Part shown: positions 15,001-27,000 of the stretch, piece by piece
Position numbering within the stretch: the stretch's first letter is position 1
Layout of the letters: every line of letters begins with the position of its first letter
Origin: Candidatus Omnitrophota bacterium
GTDB taxonomy: Bacteria > Omnitrophota > Gorgyraeia > Pluralincolimonadales > Pluralincolimonadaceae
Assembly (NCBI GenBank): GCA_043798215.1
Contig: JAZDOX010000038.1
Location: 5,659-69,658, forward strand
DNA length: 64,000 nt
Reading direction: 5' to 3'
The notes under the pieces: generated by a model
What the model was told of the DNA's origin: nothing
Seen by the model: only the letters and a program-made list of their open reading frames with translations
The model's database searches: none
Translations under genes and position numbers: made by a program

Positions 15001-18000
15001 CCAGGTCCTGGGCCAGTTAAACCAATCGAGCATACCCTGTATGGCGGCAGGAACGTTCCTTCTGGCATAATCGGCGGCTGTCATACGCTTCTTAAATTCT
15101 TCTTTTATGCCATCGGAAGAAGAATTATAATTGGAGTCATTCATAATATCCCGGAGTATATCCATTCCATCACAAGCATCCATAAGAAGATAAAGGTCGT
15201 ATCCGGTAACCTTATTGCCTCCAACAGCGCCGGTTTGATCATTGAGATGCTCCAGTAATTGCTTGGCCCAGCTCTTCTGGTTAGCCTTTAAGAAAACTGG
15301 ATCCACGCGGGAGAGATCTATGCTGCCATCGGAGGCAGTCATCATATCGCACAATACCTCCAAGGACGGGGCTATCTCTTCGGCCTTTTGTTTATAATCA
15401 AACGAGATGCCGAATCTTATGCAGTCGGCATAAAGATCCGGAGCATCAACCTTCAGCCTATCAGCCGAGACGCTATCCGGATCAGCCATAGCTCTATCAG
15501 CCAAATCTTTCATAACCGATTCTATCTTTACATAAGTAAATATCATCTTCTTTACCTGAGGAGGCTCTGGCGCGTCTTCGGCATCCCAGATAACCGCATA
15601 CTCGCCTTTGGTAAAGTGCATAGCGTAGGTTGTGGACCACGGCTTGGTCTGGGCCTGGATCGGCTCGCCAACTAAATTGGGGGCGCGTTTGGGAGTAGGC
15701 ATAATCTGGATCCATTCGGGTATCTGGCCTTTCTCCTGTAAATCGTAGAATATGGATACCGTTTTGGTATCCCACTCCTCGCCGCATATTAATATCTGAA
15801 GTTTGGGATAGTCTACCTTCTTCATATTTTTCATTAAAAGGCCTGCAACATCCTCTTCTCCAACCGCAGGAAGGTACACGGTTACAACAGGCAGGACATC
15901 CCAAGTCCTGACCTCCTGCCTTACTACGTCTTGCCTTACAGAGTCAAGGGATGAAATTATCTCATCGGTATCCGCGTCTGCGCTGAATAACTTCTTTAGG
16001 ATTTCAGTAGAGAAAATGTTCGAATATATCTTTGATACAATTTCTTTCTTTGTTGTTGCGCCTCCCAATCTACTAAGCGCGTCTTTATCGGCCTGCGGGG
16101 CGTATTGGATAAACCTTGAACAAAACTCTGTGTCGTTCATATTATCGAGTATCTCTTCGGCCACCTTCATCGAGAAACGGTCTATTATCTCATCCTTGGT
16201 TAACGTGCCGAATATGGCATCCAATAAAGCGTCTTTATCCTGCGAATTAAGCGTGGCCTGGACATCTGCCCTGCTAAGGATTCTCCTTTCGGGATGCGTC
16301 CCGCGCGGGTCGCGCTCATTGTCATTACGCGTAATCATCTCGACCATCTCGGAAAATGAGCGTTTATTTACTATGTCAAAAGTTAGACTGTTTAATTCTG
16401 CGGGCTCAGGGCTTACTACTTGAGATAAACCAAGGGAATCGGCGGCAGTTTTATTCTTGGCTAAGATGCCCTTAACACACATCCATACCTTATGCGCCAT
16501 AATAATAGTCGACGTGCCTATCATAGCCAGCGTCGAATACTTCAAGAGCGTCATTAAGCTTTCAGAGGGGCCGAATTGCGAAGCGCCCCATGCCACAGCC
16601 GCTGTGATAAGCGCGCCGACAGTTCCGGCAAAGACCTTCTGTCCTGTGGTAAAGGTGGTAAATGAGGTGTGCTCCTTGCCCATATTCTCGCCCATCTTGG
16701 TCATATCTATAAAAGCGGTTTTTCGCGTATTGAGGACACTGGTTAATTCCTGTCTCGCGGTGTCAAGGGTAGTGTCCGCGCCATCGGCAGATAAAGTTTT
16801 TACGGCTTTGGCCGCATCGTTATACATCGCCTGATAAAGTCCGGCGGTAAGGCGGTGGAGCTCGACGAACTTTAACTCCGACTTGGTGTCGGCTCTATAA
16901 ACCATATCGCTGGTAACCGAATCTATCTTTACCTTCACGCCTCCGGGCTGTTTTAATTCTTCGGCTTCGGCTATAGCGGCCTCCGTCTGTGATAATAAAC
17001 TGTTTGTATATACAACCCCGAACCAGCGGTCAAGGGTTTCATCCTCTACATTCTGCTTCTGGGCCTTCTCGGCGTCGTTTAGCCTTCTCATAAGCGGCAT
17101 ATCGCTATAAGCAAGCTCTGGCATAACCATAGTGGCGCTTAAGGAATCGTGCAAACTGTTTAATTCCTGTTTTAAGTTATCGAGGGCATCTTTCTGTTTC
17201 TTGGCGCCGACGTTGAACGTCGGAAGATTGGGATTGTTGATATTGGTGTATAATTCTTGGACGCGGGCTATGATACCGTCAAAGACGGAATTATAATCCG
17301 CTCTATTATTACTTAAATTAAACCTTGAGGTATTAAGCGCAGACTTGGCAGTTTCCAGTTCACTAAGCAAGCCCGAGAGAGCGCTGTTGACTCCGGCGGG
17401 ATCGCAGATGTTCTGAGTCTCTTTTATCTGAACAAGAGCGGCCTTCTGGGCGTTATCAAGATCTCTCCACTTTTGGTCTATTCTCTGTATCGTGGCATCT
17501 AAAGTAGTTTCTGGTATATAATTTTTACTTATAGCTTCTTCCAGAGCAAGGCCGCGATACAAAGCGTCTCTTAACGGCGTAAGCCCGGATATTACCTTAT
17601 CCATAAGCTTTGCCTGGCTTGGCCTGCCTTTTAGCTCATCTACGGTCTTCTTCCACCAGCTCTTGGGGTTTAATATCTTTACCGCATCCGCCCTCATCCA
17701 CTTAATCATCTTGTCAACGAACCCGCCTTTGTGGGTAAGATCGGCGTCATATTTCTTGATGAACCTTCCGGCGGCCTTTAAGGCTTCGTATGGATCAGAG
17801 ACATTAACTACAGGCGCTTGTTTTCCTGCGCCCATCTGGGCTTCATAATGCTCTAACTCTATAGGATTATTGGCTTGTTTTATGAGTTCCAGATTATCGA
17901 GTATGGTTTCGATCTCCTCTCTTTCCGCCACAATACCGTTTGCGGAAAGATCGATAAGGATTTTATCTATCGCTCCTTCGCGTGTTCCGCCTGACTCTGA

Positions 18001-21000
18001 CATAACCTGGTCGTACATCTCGACAATCTCATCTATGGCTTTCCTTAGCTGGTCGGCGTTTTCGGCTTCAGCTTCTTCCTCCATAGTAGCCTCTATCTCG
18101 GCTATCTCTTCGGCCTCTTGTTCACTAACCTCTTCCTCGGCTTCTTCTTGCGAGAGTAAAGGCTCTGCCAAAGCGGTTTCGATTGCGGCGCGTCTTGCGG
18201 CAATCCTGCCTATCAATCCGCCTTGCGGCTGAAGGCTTGTGTCTAAATAGTCATAGAGCTTTCCCTGATTTATAAGTCCATTATTAAAAATCCTATCGAT
18301 TAAATCTTCCGCCTCTTTGAGAAGATTCGAAGCCATAGCCAGATTGCCGGACATCTCGGCTTCTTCAACATATCTTAAGGCCAATTCGTAACAGATGAGA
18401 TCTGTTGCCCCGTCAGCATCCAAAGGAAGAACATCATCGTGCAATCCGGATAATTGAGCTTCCGCGTAACAGCCTTCCTTCAAAGTATCCAAGGAATCAT
18501 AATAATCGCTCCAAATGAATTCCTTGCTTACGCGCCTGTCGGCGGCTTCGGTCAAATCGATCTGGATGTATAAGCTATTGTCTGTGCCGGTTGCTTGGTC
18601 ATAATTCGCGCTAAGCCGCACTCTGTTTGCGACGTGCCTTCCATGCTCAACCGAAAGAACATCTTCTATATCAGCCTCTAATCCTATTTTATTTGCGGCG
18701 AAGGCAAATAACATAGAGAGGCCTAAGCAAGAACCTTCCCGTAGAGCTACAACTTCTCCCGGAAGCGAGATATCTTTGTTATATTTGAAGTTCTCCACGA
18801 TAAAATCGGCAAGCCCTGAAGCTATCTCGGTCTTCTCTTTGATGAGTTCTTCTTCGCTCATCTCGCCTTTGGCGGCTTTGGTTTTAGCGGATTCTAATCT
18901 AGCTTTTGATACGGTTATTAAATTTACTCCTCTGTCGTAAAAAGCCTTTGAGGATATATTATTAACTATTTTATTTACAATAGCAACCTCAGTATCCTTA
19001 TTGAAAAACCTTCCGACTATGAAATCTATCGCGCCAAAGGCAGGGGCTATTTCATTTTTGCCCATAGCGGATGTAAGCTCTGAAATAAGCGAGGACAAAT
19101 TAGACAGCGAAGAGTAAGAGGGCAACTCGCCCTCAAGTTCACTGGCATAGGAATAGATGTATTTCTGCGTCTCTATCTCAATTATCTTATTGTATACGGC
19201 TTTGCGGTCGGCAACTGAACCGACTTTGGCATTGCAATATAGCTTGCTAAATTCACTTATCTTTTCTCTTGCCTGCATAAAATTCGTGTAATTACCTGAA
19301 GCGCCTGCAACCGCCCAATCCGCCTGCATACTATCCAACAGGTCATTATACGCGGCCAAAAGGATCTCTTTATCGCTCATAGCCTCATTAAAGATATCTT
19401 CGAAGAGCTTTCCTTGATTAGACGGTCCGAGAACATATGCGCCTTTATCGTAAGCATCCTTAATTGCTTTCAAAAACGAGATCTTGCTAAAATCAACAAA
19501 TACTATACGGTTATTCGTAAGGAGGCTTATTATTTCGGTTAGTCTCTCGTTAAGCAGTTTACGGTCAGAAACCGCCAATTGGCTAAATTTATTCAACGCA
19601 TCTTGCGCATATTTCTGATCATCCAGATCCGCGGAATCTTTATATTCGATATAAGTATTAAGCCGTATATCCGGTATAGCGACCCTATTGACAATATCGC
19701 TGACATCTATCGCGTCTATAACCCTTGTCCTGTGAGCTATGCTGGCGGAGTCAAAAGCCATCGCGAAATTATTGCCACCGGTAATATAAGGGCCTTTCTT
19801 CGCCTCAACGAAATCTTTTATAGTTCTATCATCGGAAGACAAAGGCATAGTCAGCTTTTGAATCCCAATCAGCTCCATAAGCCGCGGAGCGTTCTCCTGA
19901 AGAGCGCATATCGTGAACTTGCTCCTCATCAATTTTGCCTTGTATTCCAAAACAAACGCCAAATCGTGAAGAAAATCGTTTGTGGCCTTGTCCATAGCAT
20001 TGCCGTTTATGGAATATGTCCCTTCCTCCACCTCTTTTATAGCCTCGACCATTCTCTCCATTAAGCGAACGGCATTCATCTCCTCCATAGCCGCGCGAGC
20101 ATCATCGGCCCCTTTCATATGTGTTATCTCATGACGGACTATCTCTGTTAAAACATCAAAAAAACTTAAGGAGCTGTCTATCTGCAGTTTCTCGACAAAT
20201 TTCGAAAATATATCTCCGGACCTTTCGGTTACGTATCTTGCGCGCGCGGGGCCGTCGGCGTCTCCATTATTCAATTCGCTTCTTGTCTTTAACTCGAGTT
20301 GAACGCCGGATATCTCTTCCAGTATAAGTTTTAGCTGGCCATAATACATAGTGTTTCCGAAAGGATGGTCTATCAAGGCAACGGCCGGGGAGTTATATTG
20401 CCTTAACGCTTCGATATCTTGGCGTAAGCAGCATAACCTATTCTGATTATTGACATAGGCTTTAAAAATCTGATATTGTTCGTCATCGAGTAAATCTCCC
20501 ATCTGCTCTATGTCGGCGTTTAATTTTTCGCCGTTGTTTACGATTACAAACTTCTGCGAAGTATAAGCAGTTAATCTCCGAACCAATTCCATAATACATA
20601 GTTTCATATTCTCAACCATATTAGCATCGGTAATATTTTTCCCCGCGGTTATTTCTTCCGCGCTCGAATATCTGTATATTTGCATCCTGAATCCGCATCT
20701 TAAATCATAATTGGTAAGAGCGAATTTTACTACGTTTAGCGCGGCGTCTATTTGTTCTTTCGTAGATAGACCTTCGGCTCTTATCGTTACTTCCATAGGA
20801 CATTCGGAAGCAAACGGCGCTAAGACGCCCCTTATATTGTAACTGTCAAACATATATCCTTCTAAATCGCCGAATTCGACGCAATAGGGGCCTTGTTTGC
20901 CCGCTACCTCCAGATACAACTTTATTCCGGTAGCCTCCTCTATCTTCTCTCCTATTTCAATGAGCATCTCACAAATGCTAATGTGCAAAGCATAAGCGGT

Positions 21001-24000
21001 TTTGAAAGTCAACTCTTTGGTTAGCGGGCTTGCCGGAATGTCTAAAACGGCATACTCTAAAATTCTTGCGGCTTCTTTTTCCTGAGCCTCAAATGGAAGA
21101 CCCATCTGCTGAAGATATAGGTCCTCGTCCACTTCCGGAATTAAACTAAATTGAACATCCGCTTTAGTTGCGCCGAGATTGCGGTTGTAATAGTCAAGCG
21201 TTTCGTTATAAACTTCCGTTTCTCTAAGATTATTTGCCCTGAATCCCTCTAAGGCGCTCTCGACAAACCGGCGGCCGTCTTCAACGCCTAAAACGCCGAG
21301 GGCTACGTCTAAAAACTCTTCGGTTGAGATACCGACATCGTCGCTGAATTGAGAAAATTGATTACGTATACGCTCTATGAGGTCCTGCGGCGTTACGTTG
21401 GACAGGCTGTCCGCCTTAAAATCAAAGTAAACAGGTCCTTCGTCCGAGTTAATGAAAACCATATTGGCGGGATTAAGGTCAAGAGGCATATTTGCCGTCA
21501 TAGTCGTCCAATCCGCCTTCAATTTCCAAAGTTCAACCCATTTCTTTATTGCCTGCCGCAAGCATTCATTCCTTTCATTAGCGCTTACATTCTCATCCAA
21601 AAGTATATTTTCGAGATTCCAAGCGTTGTCTACATACTGGGCAACCCTCATTGAAAGCAGGCCTTCGCCATCTAAAGAATAGACACCAACCTGCATTGGA
21701 ACAAATTTGCCTTTCGTATCTCTTAAATTTATATCATTTTGATAATCAAACTTGATTTGGAGACTTCCTGCATCGGCCAAATCAAAAATAACTTCGCGCT
21801 GCGCGCCGTCAGGCATCAATATCTTGGCCATATAGATATGGGAATCTTTTTGATCGTTTAATCTCGCGATATCGACATTTATTGTCTCGGCAACACGCTC
21901 TTGAGTCGTTAATTTACTTTGAAGACTAAGAGCCTCGACCCTTACATCGGCGCTTGTATCGCTCATCGCCTCAATTAAAAGCCCGCTTCCCTGCGAAGAA
22001 TCATAGATGCGCTTCTTCTGCTCATCCGATAACGCGAAATTCTGATACATATAGGCGAGATATTGCAACGCGGCCTTTCGAGATTCAACAACCGCGGCCT
22101 CGTCCATTTTAGCTCTTAGGTTGTTGAGCCATTCTATTATTGACAGCGTTATAGATGCCCCGCCTGCAGATTGATGTAAGATAGTCTTTGAGACAGGGTC
22201 TATGCTCACTTTGTAAATTTCATATCCATTCTCATAGACATATTCATAGATATAGCTATAGAAGATCTGCGTCTGGCCGTTATGGGTAACTTCTTCCGTT
22301 CCATCATATAATAAAACGATGTCTTCGCCGGTTTCTACATCCTTAATGGTTACGTCGCTATTTGGCAAAGCAAGTATGGGTTGAATTTTAGCGGCGTTTA
22401 ATTCAATAAGGCGATTATTTACCATTTCGTTTAGAATATACTGGTTATTATCGCTGCCATCGGCTCTTATAAGCCCCTCGTTTATCAGGCGGCGCAGGCC
22501 TGCAGCTACATCCTGCTTTGACAGAATGCCCTTATCTAATGCGGTAGCCCAAATATTCAACTTGCCGTTATCTAAACCGCGGACATTCTGGAGGACGGAT
22601 TCATTATCGCTTTCTTCAAACTCCATTAATAAGCCAATACCGATAGTATCTACTTCTTTCCTCGCATTGGCCAAATTGGATAACTCAAACATAGTATCGC
22701 TAATAAGATTTGTTTTATCTATCGCCTCTTGTATGCTCTGTATATCGAGAGCCTGTTCGGCGGCAGGAACCTTGTCGGTATCGCAATAGGTATAGCTTAC
22801 GCTATGGTCGGTCGGCGACATCTCATTTATATATCTTCTTGTAATCTCTCCGACTTGGCCGTCCACTCCCCAAATCAAGGGGTCAAACCGGCTTATGATA
22901 TCCTGATGCCCAGTATAAGAATCTTCGCCAACAACCATAGCCGCGAATTCGTGGAATAGATACCTGTGGAGTATCGAGTTTAAATCGCTTCTCGCAAAAA
23001 CATTCCTGTCTATGCTGATTACGAGCTTTCCATCGGAAGTTACACCGGTAAAGGCTATCAAGTAGTCTTTATTTCCCCAAACGCGCGGCTCGTGCGTAAC
23101 AAGTTCTATCTTTGCGGGATCATTCAATATCTCTTCTATCTTGGCAAGAATACCGTTTAAATCAGCGGCTAAACCAGGGTTATTTTCGCCAAGGAGTAAC
23201 CTCTCTGTAGCGGTTAAAACGGCTGAGCGGACATCGCGAAGTTTCTCGAACACAAGTTGTTTCCTGCTTTCCGCCATTTGAGCAACTAAACCTTCCGTCT
23301 TTAACTGATCTAATGTTAAAGCATTTACCTTCTCTTTAAAGGTGCCAAAAGCTTTGTTTTTGCCCACCGCGGCGGCAAACTCGTTTTGAGGGGTGGCGGG
23401 ATTATCGAAAATCATACTCTCTTCAACCTTTAAATTAGCAAAATGAAGAGCGAATTGTTTTAGATTGTAAGCGGCTAAGGTGTAAATAGAGGAAATTCCT
23501 TCGTAAGCAGATGTTAAATTCTTAAGAAAATCTATTGCTTCCAGCGCTTCTTCTTGCGTCGAATAGTTTACAGGGCTCATATTGGCAACAACATACTCTA
23601 TCGTCTTCTCATCGGCGTAAAGCAGGTGATGTTTGAGTATCTTTAAGTCATCGGCTGAAATACCGGTTGAAGCTACCATAGAGTCTATGTCATCGCTTGC
23701 ATCGAAGACATAATTGGGATTGTCTTCAAATTCCGCAAGCAAGACGCGGGCGGCCGCGCTTAAATTGCCGAAGTTCATTATCCTTGAGCCGACAGCCTTA
23801 AGGAAATGTTTCTGGGTTTGGGCTAATATATCCGGGGTAAGACGCGAAGCGTATACTTTCTCATATGAAGGCGTCGCCTTCAGCCCCTTACAAAGCTCCT
23901 CATTGAAATCCTCTTCGTCATAAACCTGCCATACCTTCTGGCCGTTGGCGTCGAAAGAACCATTCCACCATCGAATATTATCTTTATCGGCGATCCTTCC

Positions 24001-27000
24001 TAATATCGTAATCCATCCTTCAACGGCTGTTGATTGCGTAACGGAAATCTCAACGTCTTTACCGTCTCTTAGGGCTATCTTGGAAAGCAATGTAACAATT
24101 TCGGTTCCTACGCCGAGGCGCGCATTATTATTTCCTATCGGAAATTTTTCCGACGGCTTTAAGGTCATATTCAAGATGGCGATCTCTTCGGCGCGCAGCG
24201 CAACCCAGACTTCGTCTGGATTGGGATTGTCATAATCTCCGTCGTAATGAATTGTAAAACTCCCGCTCGTCTGGTATTCCACCTCTATCATTTTGCCGTA
24301 TTCGCCGTTCCCATTGGTCTGTTTATGGTTAACAAGAACAACCTTCTCTCCTGTCTTCGCCGGCAAGTCAACAACAGCCGGAACCACAGGACGGTTATAA
24401 ACTCCCTGCCCATTGACAATAAAAGACATACCTGCGGCTGTGGTATCGAACTTGAATGACGCTGTGGGGTCTTCGACTTTATTGGAATCAATCGCCTCGG
24501 GCAATGTCCCGATTGTATAATCACAGTCATAGAATTTGTTCCAAACACCCTTGTGCGAAAGCGGGCCAAGATTAGCTACCGCTATCATCATATCCAATGA
24601 ACTTTTCACGTCTGCCTTTAGAGACGCGCTGTTTTCCATAGGAATGCTTGTTGTATAAGGATTCGCGACGAGGTTTCTCGCATCTATGACCCTTATCTTC
24701 CCGCTGCTATCCATAGTCAGGTTATCCAACAATGTCTCACCAGCGGTCGGATTCCGAACCATAAGACCTTTTCCGGCCAAGTCATTCGTAAACGAGACCG
24801 CCGCTTTAAGGATGCCTGCTACAGCGGTTTCTTTCGCCTCGGGAGTATTATAGGCGGGGTTGTTTTTGATATTCTGGATAGCGGTTTCCAAGGTTATGGC
24901 GCCAGTTCTTATAAGAGTATTTGTTTCGCCGGAGGTCTTTATCTCAAAGGAAACTACCAGATCTTTGGCATAACCTTTTACACTATTCAAACAAGCGGCC
25001 TCAGTAGTTGTGATATTTGTCGTTGTTATCTTTCCATCGGAGACGGCCTTGTCGAAAGCCTTCTGGTTCCAGTTATCGAATGTGGTTATAAGGGCGGGTA
25101 GTTCCGCGCTCGATATGCCTAAATTAGCCAATAAATCCGCCTTATCGGAGAGTTTTCCCGCCGTATAGGCATTTGCAAGTTCAATAATCATACTATCTCT
25201 CTTATTGATCACGAAATTAAATAACCCGCGGTCGAGTTCCGATAATCCGCCTGCTATGGAGGTTTGTTTCTCGGAGAGGTCTTCAGAGGCAGAAGTAACT
25301 GAAATATCCTTTAACTGTGTCAATGCCGATATGAGAGAATCGGACAGAAAGATTTGTCCGCCTTTGGCGGCGTTTAATACCTTGACAACAGGAGGGCCGG
25401 TCTCTTGATTATCGTTAATTACAGCCTCAAGGCGCGTCTGCATACCTTGTTCATTTATATGGACTGCCGCCTGAGCAGAGGCCCCGCCTTGCTCTTTTGG
25501 CAGGACAATATCCGTAAAGGTCTTGCAAATGCTTACCGCGTCTTCAAAAGTTTTTGCCGTCACAAAAGTCAAACTTGTGTCTTTCGCGACATTCACGCCG
25601 GTAATAACATTTTCGCCTGAAGTTTGTATCTTGCTCAACATAGCGTTGGCTTCATTCAATATCTGTGTTGCTTTAATCTCAACGGCCGTTGCGGCTGAGG
25701 CCTCTTCTGCAGTAATATCCGGCATAGCCTTAATGTAAGCCATACCGCTTATTATTTCAGTCATTATATTCTTTATGTTCTCAGCGGTACTCTTTACCAT
25801 AACCGCCAATTGCGCTTCGCCGTCTTGAACAATGCTGCTGATAATTGTGGTCCCAGCCGAGCGCGAATGCAATAGAAAATGGGCCATCGCATTAGATAGC
25901 ACGTTATTGACATTTTTATTAACTATGCCGTTTATCGTGTCAACCCCGTGTAATTCCATCCAGCCCTTTATCGCCTCTGTTCCCACGCCTTGCAGCGTCT
26001 CTGAAATCCTGCTGGTCGCTCCTTGCGAGTCGTTTACCGCTTCCACATATTCCGCGTGCAATCTTATCGCGTTTTTAAGTTCGCCAGGATCGCTTAGATC
26101 AAAACCTTCCTCTCCTTTGGCTATAAGTTCGTCAAATAACGCGGCTTCTTCAAGTTTGCCTTGTTTGGCCAATATACTGCGGAAGACGTTTTCGTTATTA
26201 ACGGTATATCTTTGATCGAGCATATTCTCCAAATCCGCTTTTAACGTCTCTTCGGTAACATAGTATATGCGGGTCGAGTCAAATTCATCGGCGCGGGGAG
26301 CGCGGCCGGCGCCCTGCACAATTTGGGTCCTGTAGGTATCGGAATTGACCCAAAGATCATAACTGCCCATAGGGCTGAAGCCTGTAATACCCGCCCTGTT
26401 GACAAGCAGAATCGCGCCGAAAGGATTGCCGTCGTTATCATACTTGCTGCCCTCGGTTAATAACGCGGCTTTGGCGGCAAGTTCGCTTAATTCCACATCC
26501 GAAGTCAAGTTTTTTACCTGAACTATTTTTTCTAAATCAGACACCTCTATTCCTTTTCCATAAAGCCTGCCTGAAAGCGAAGTTATCTCGCGCGTAAACG
26601 CATCGATTAATTTTTCTTTAACAAGGTCCAGCATATCAGGATCCAGCGATGGAAAGATGGCGCCGCCCGAATAATACAATTTACTGCCGTCGCTTTGCGT
26701 TATTGGTTTTATTTGTCCGCGGCGCGCAAACCATGAGGATAAAAGATCATCGGCAACAGCCTGCGCTTTTTCATCCGCGCCGCCTCTTAACACCACGAGG
26801 ACATTGTTTATATGCTGTCCATTTTCGGCCAAGGCCGTTAACTTTCCTGATATATTCATACTATCCGTAAAGATGTTTTCGCCATCTATCATATCCAAAC
26901 TTAACGTAATAGGGCCGCTTATATACACAACGTCCAATCCTAACGTTGCTTTTATCATCAACGGCACAACCCCTGTGGGATTTCCCTCGGCGTCCACGCC

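Noticed and set aside
4955-16660. Separate manA/manC/GT2/GH5 genes forming an operon
   Set aside because: Domains share one frame, I saw no stops between them, and the track would have listed separate ORFs.
24000-24220. GNAT-like motif ARLGVGTEIVTLL in the giant protein
   Set aside because: Single short motif; insufficient without a profile search.
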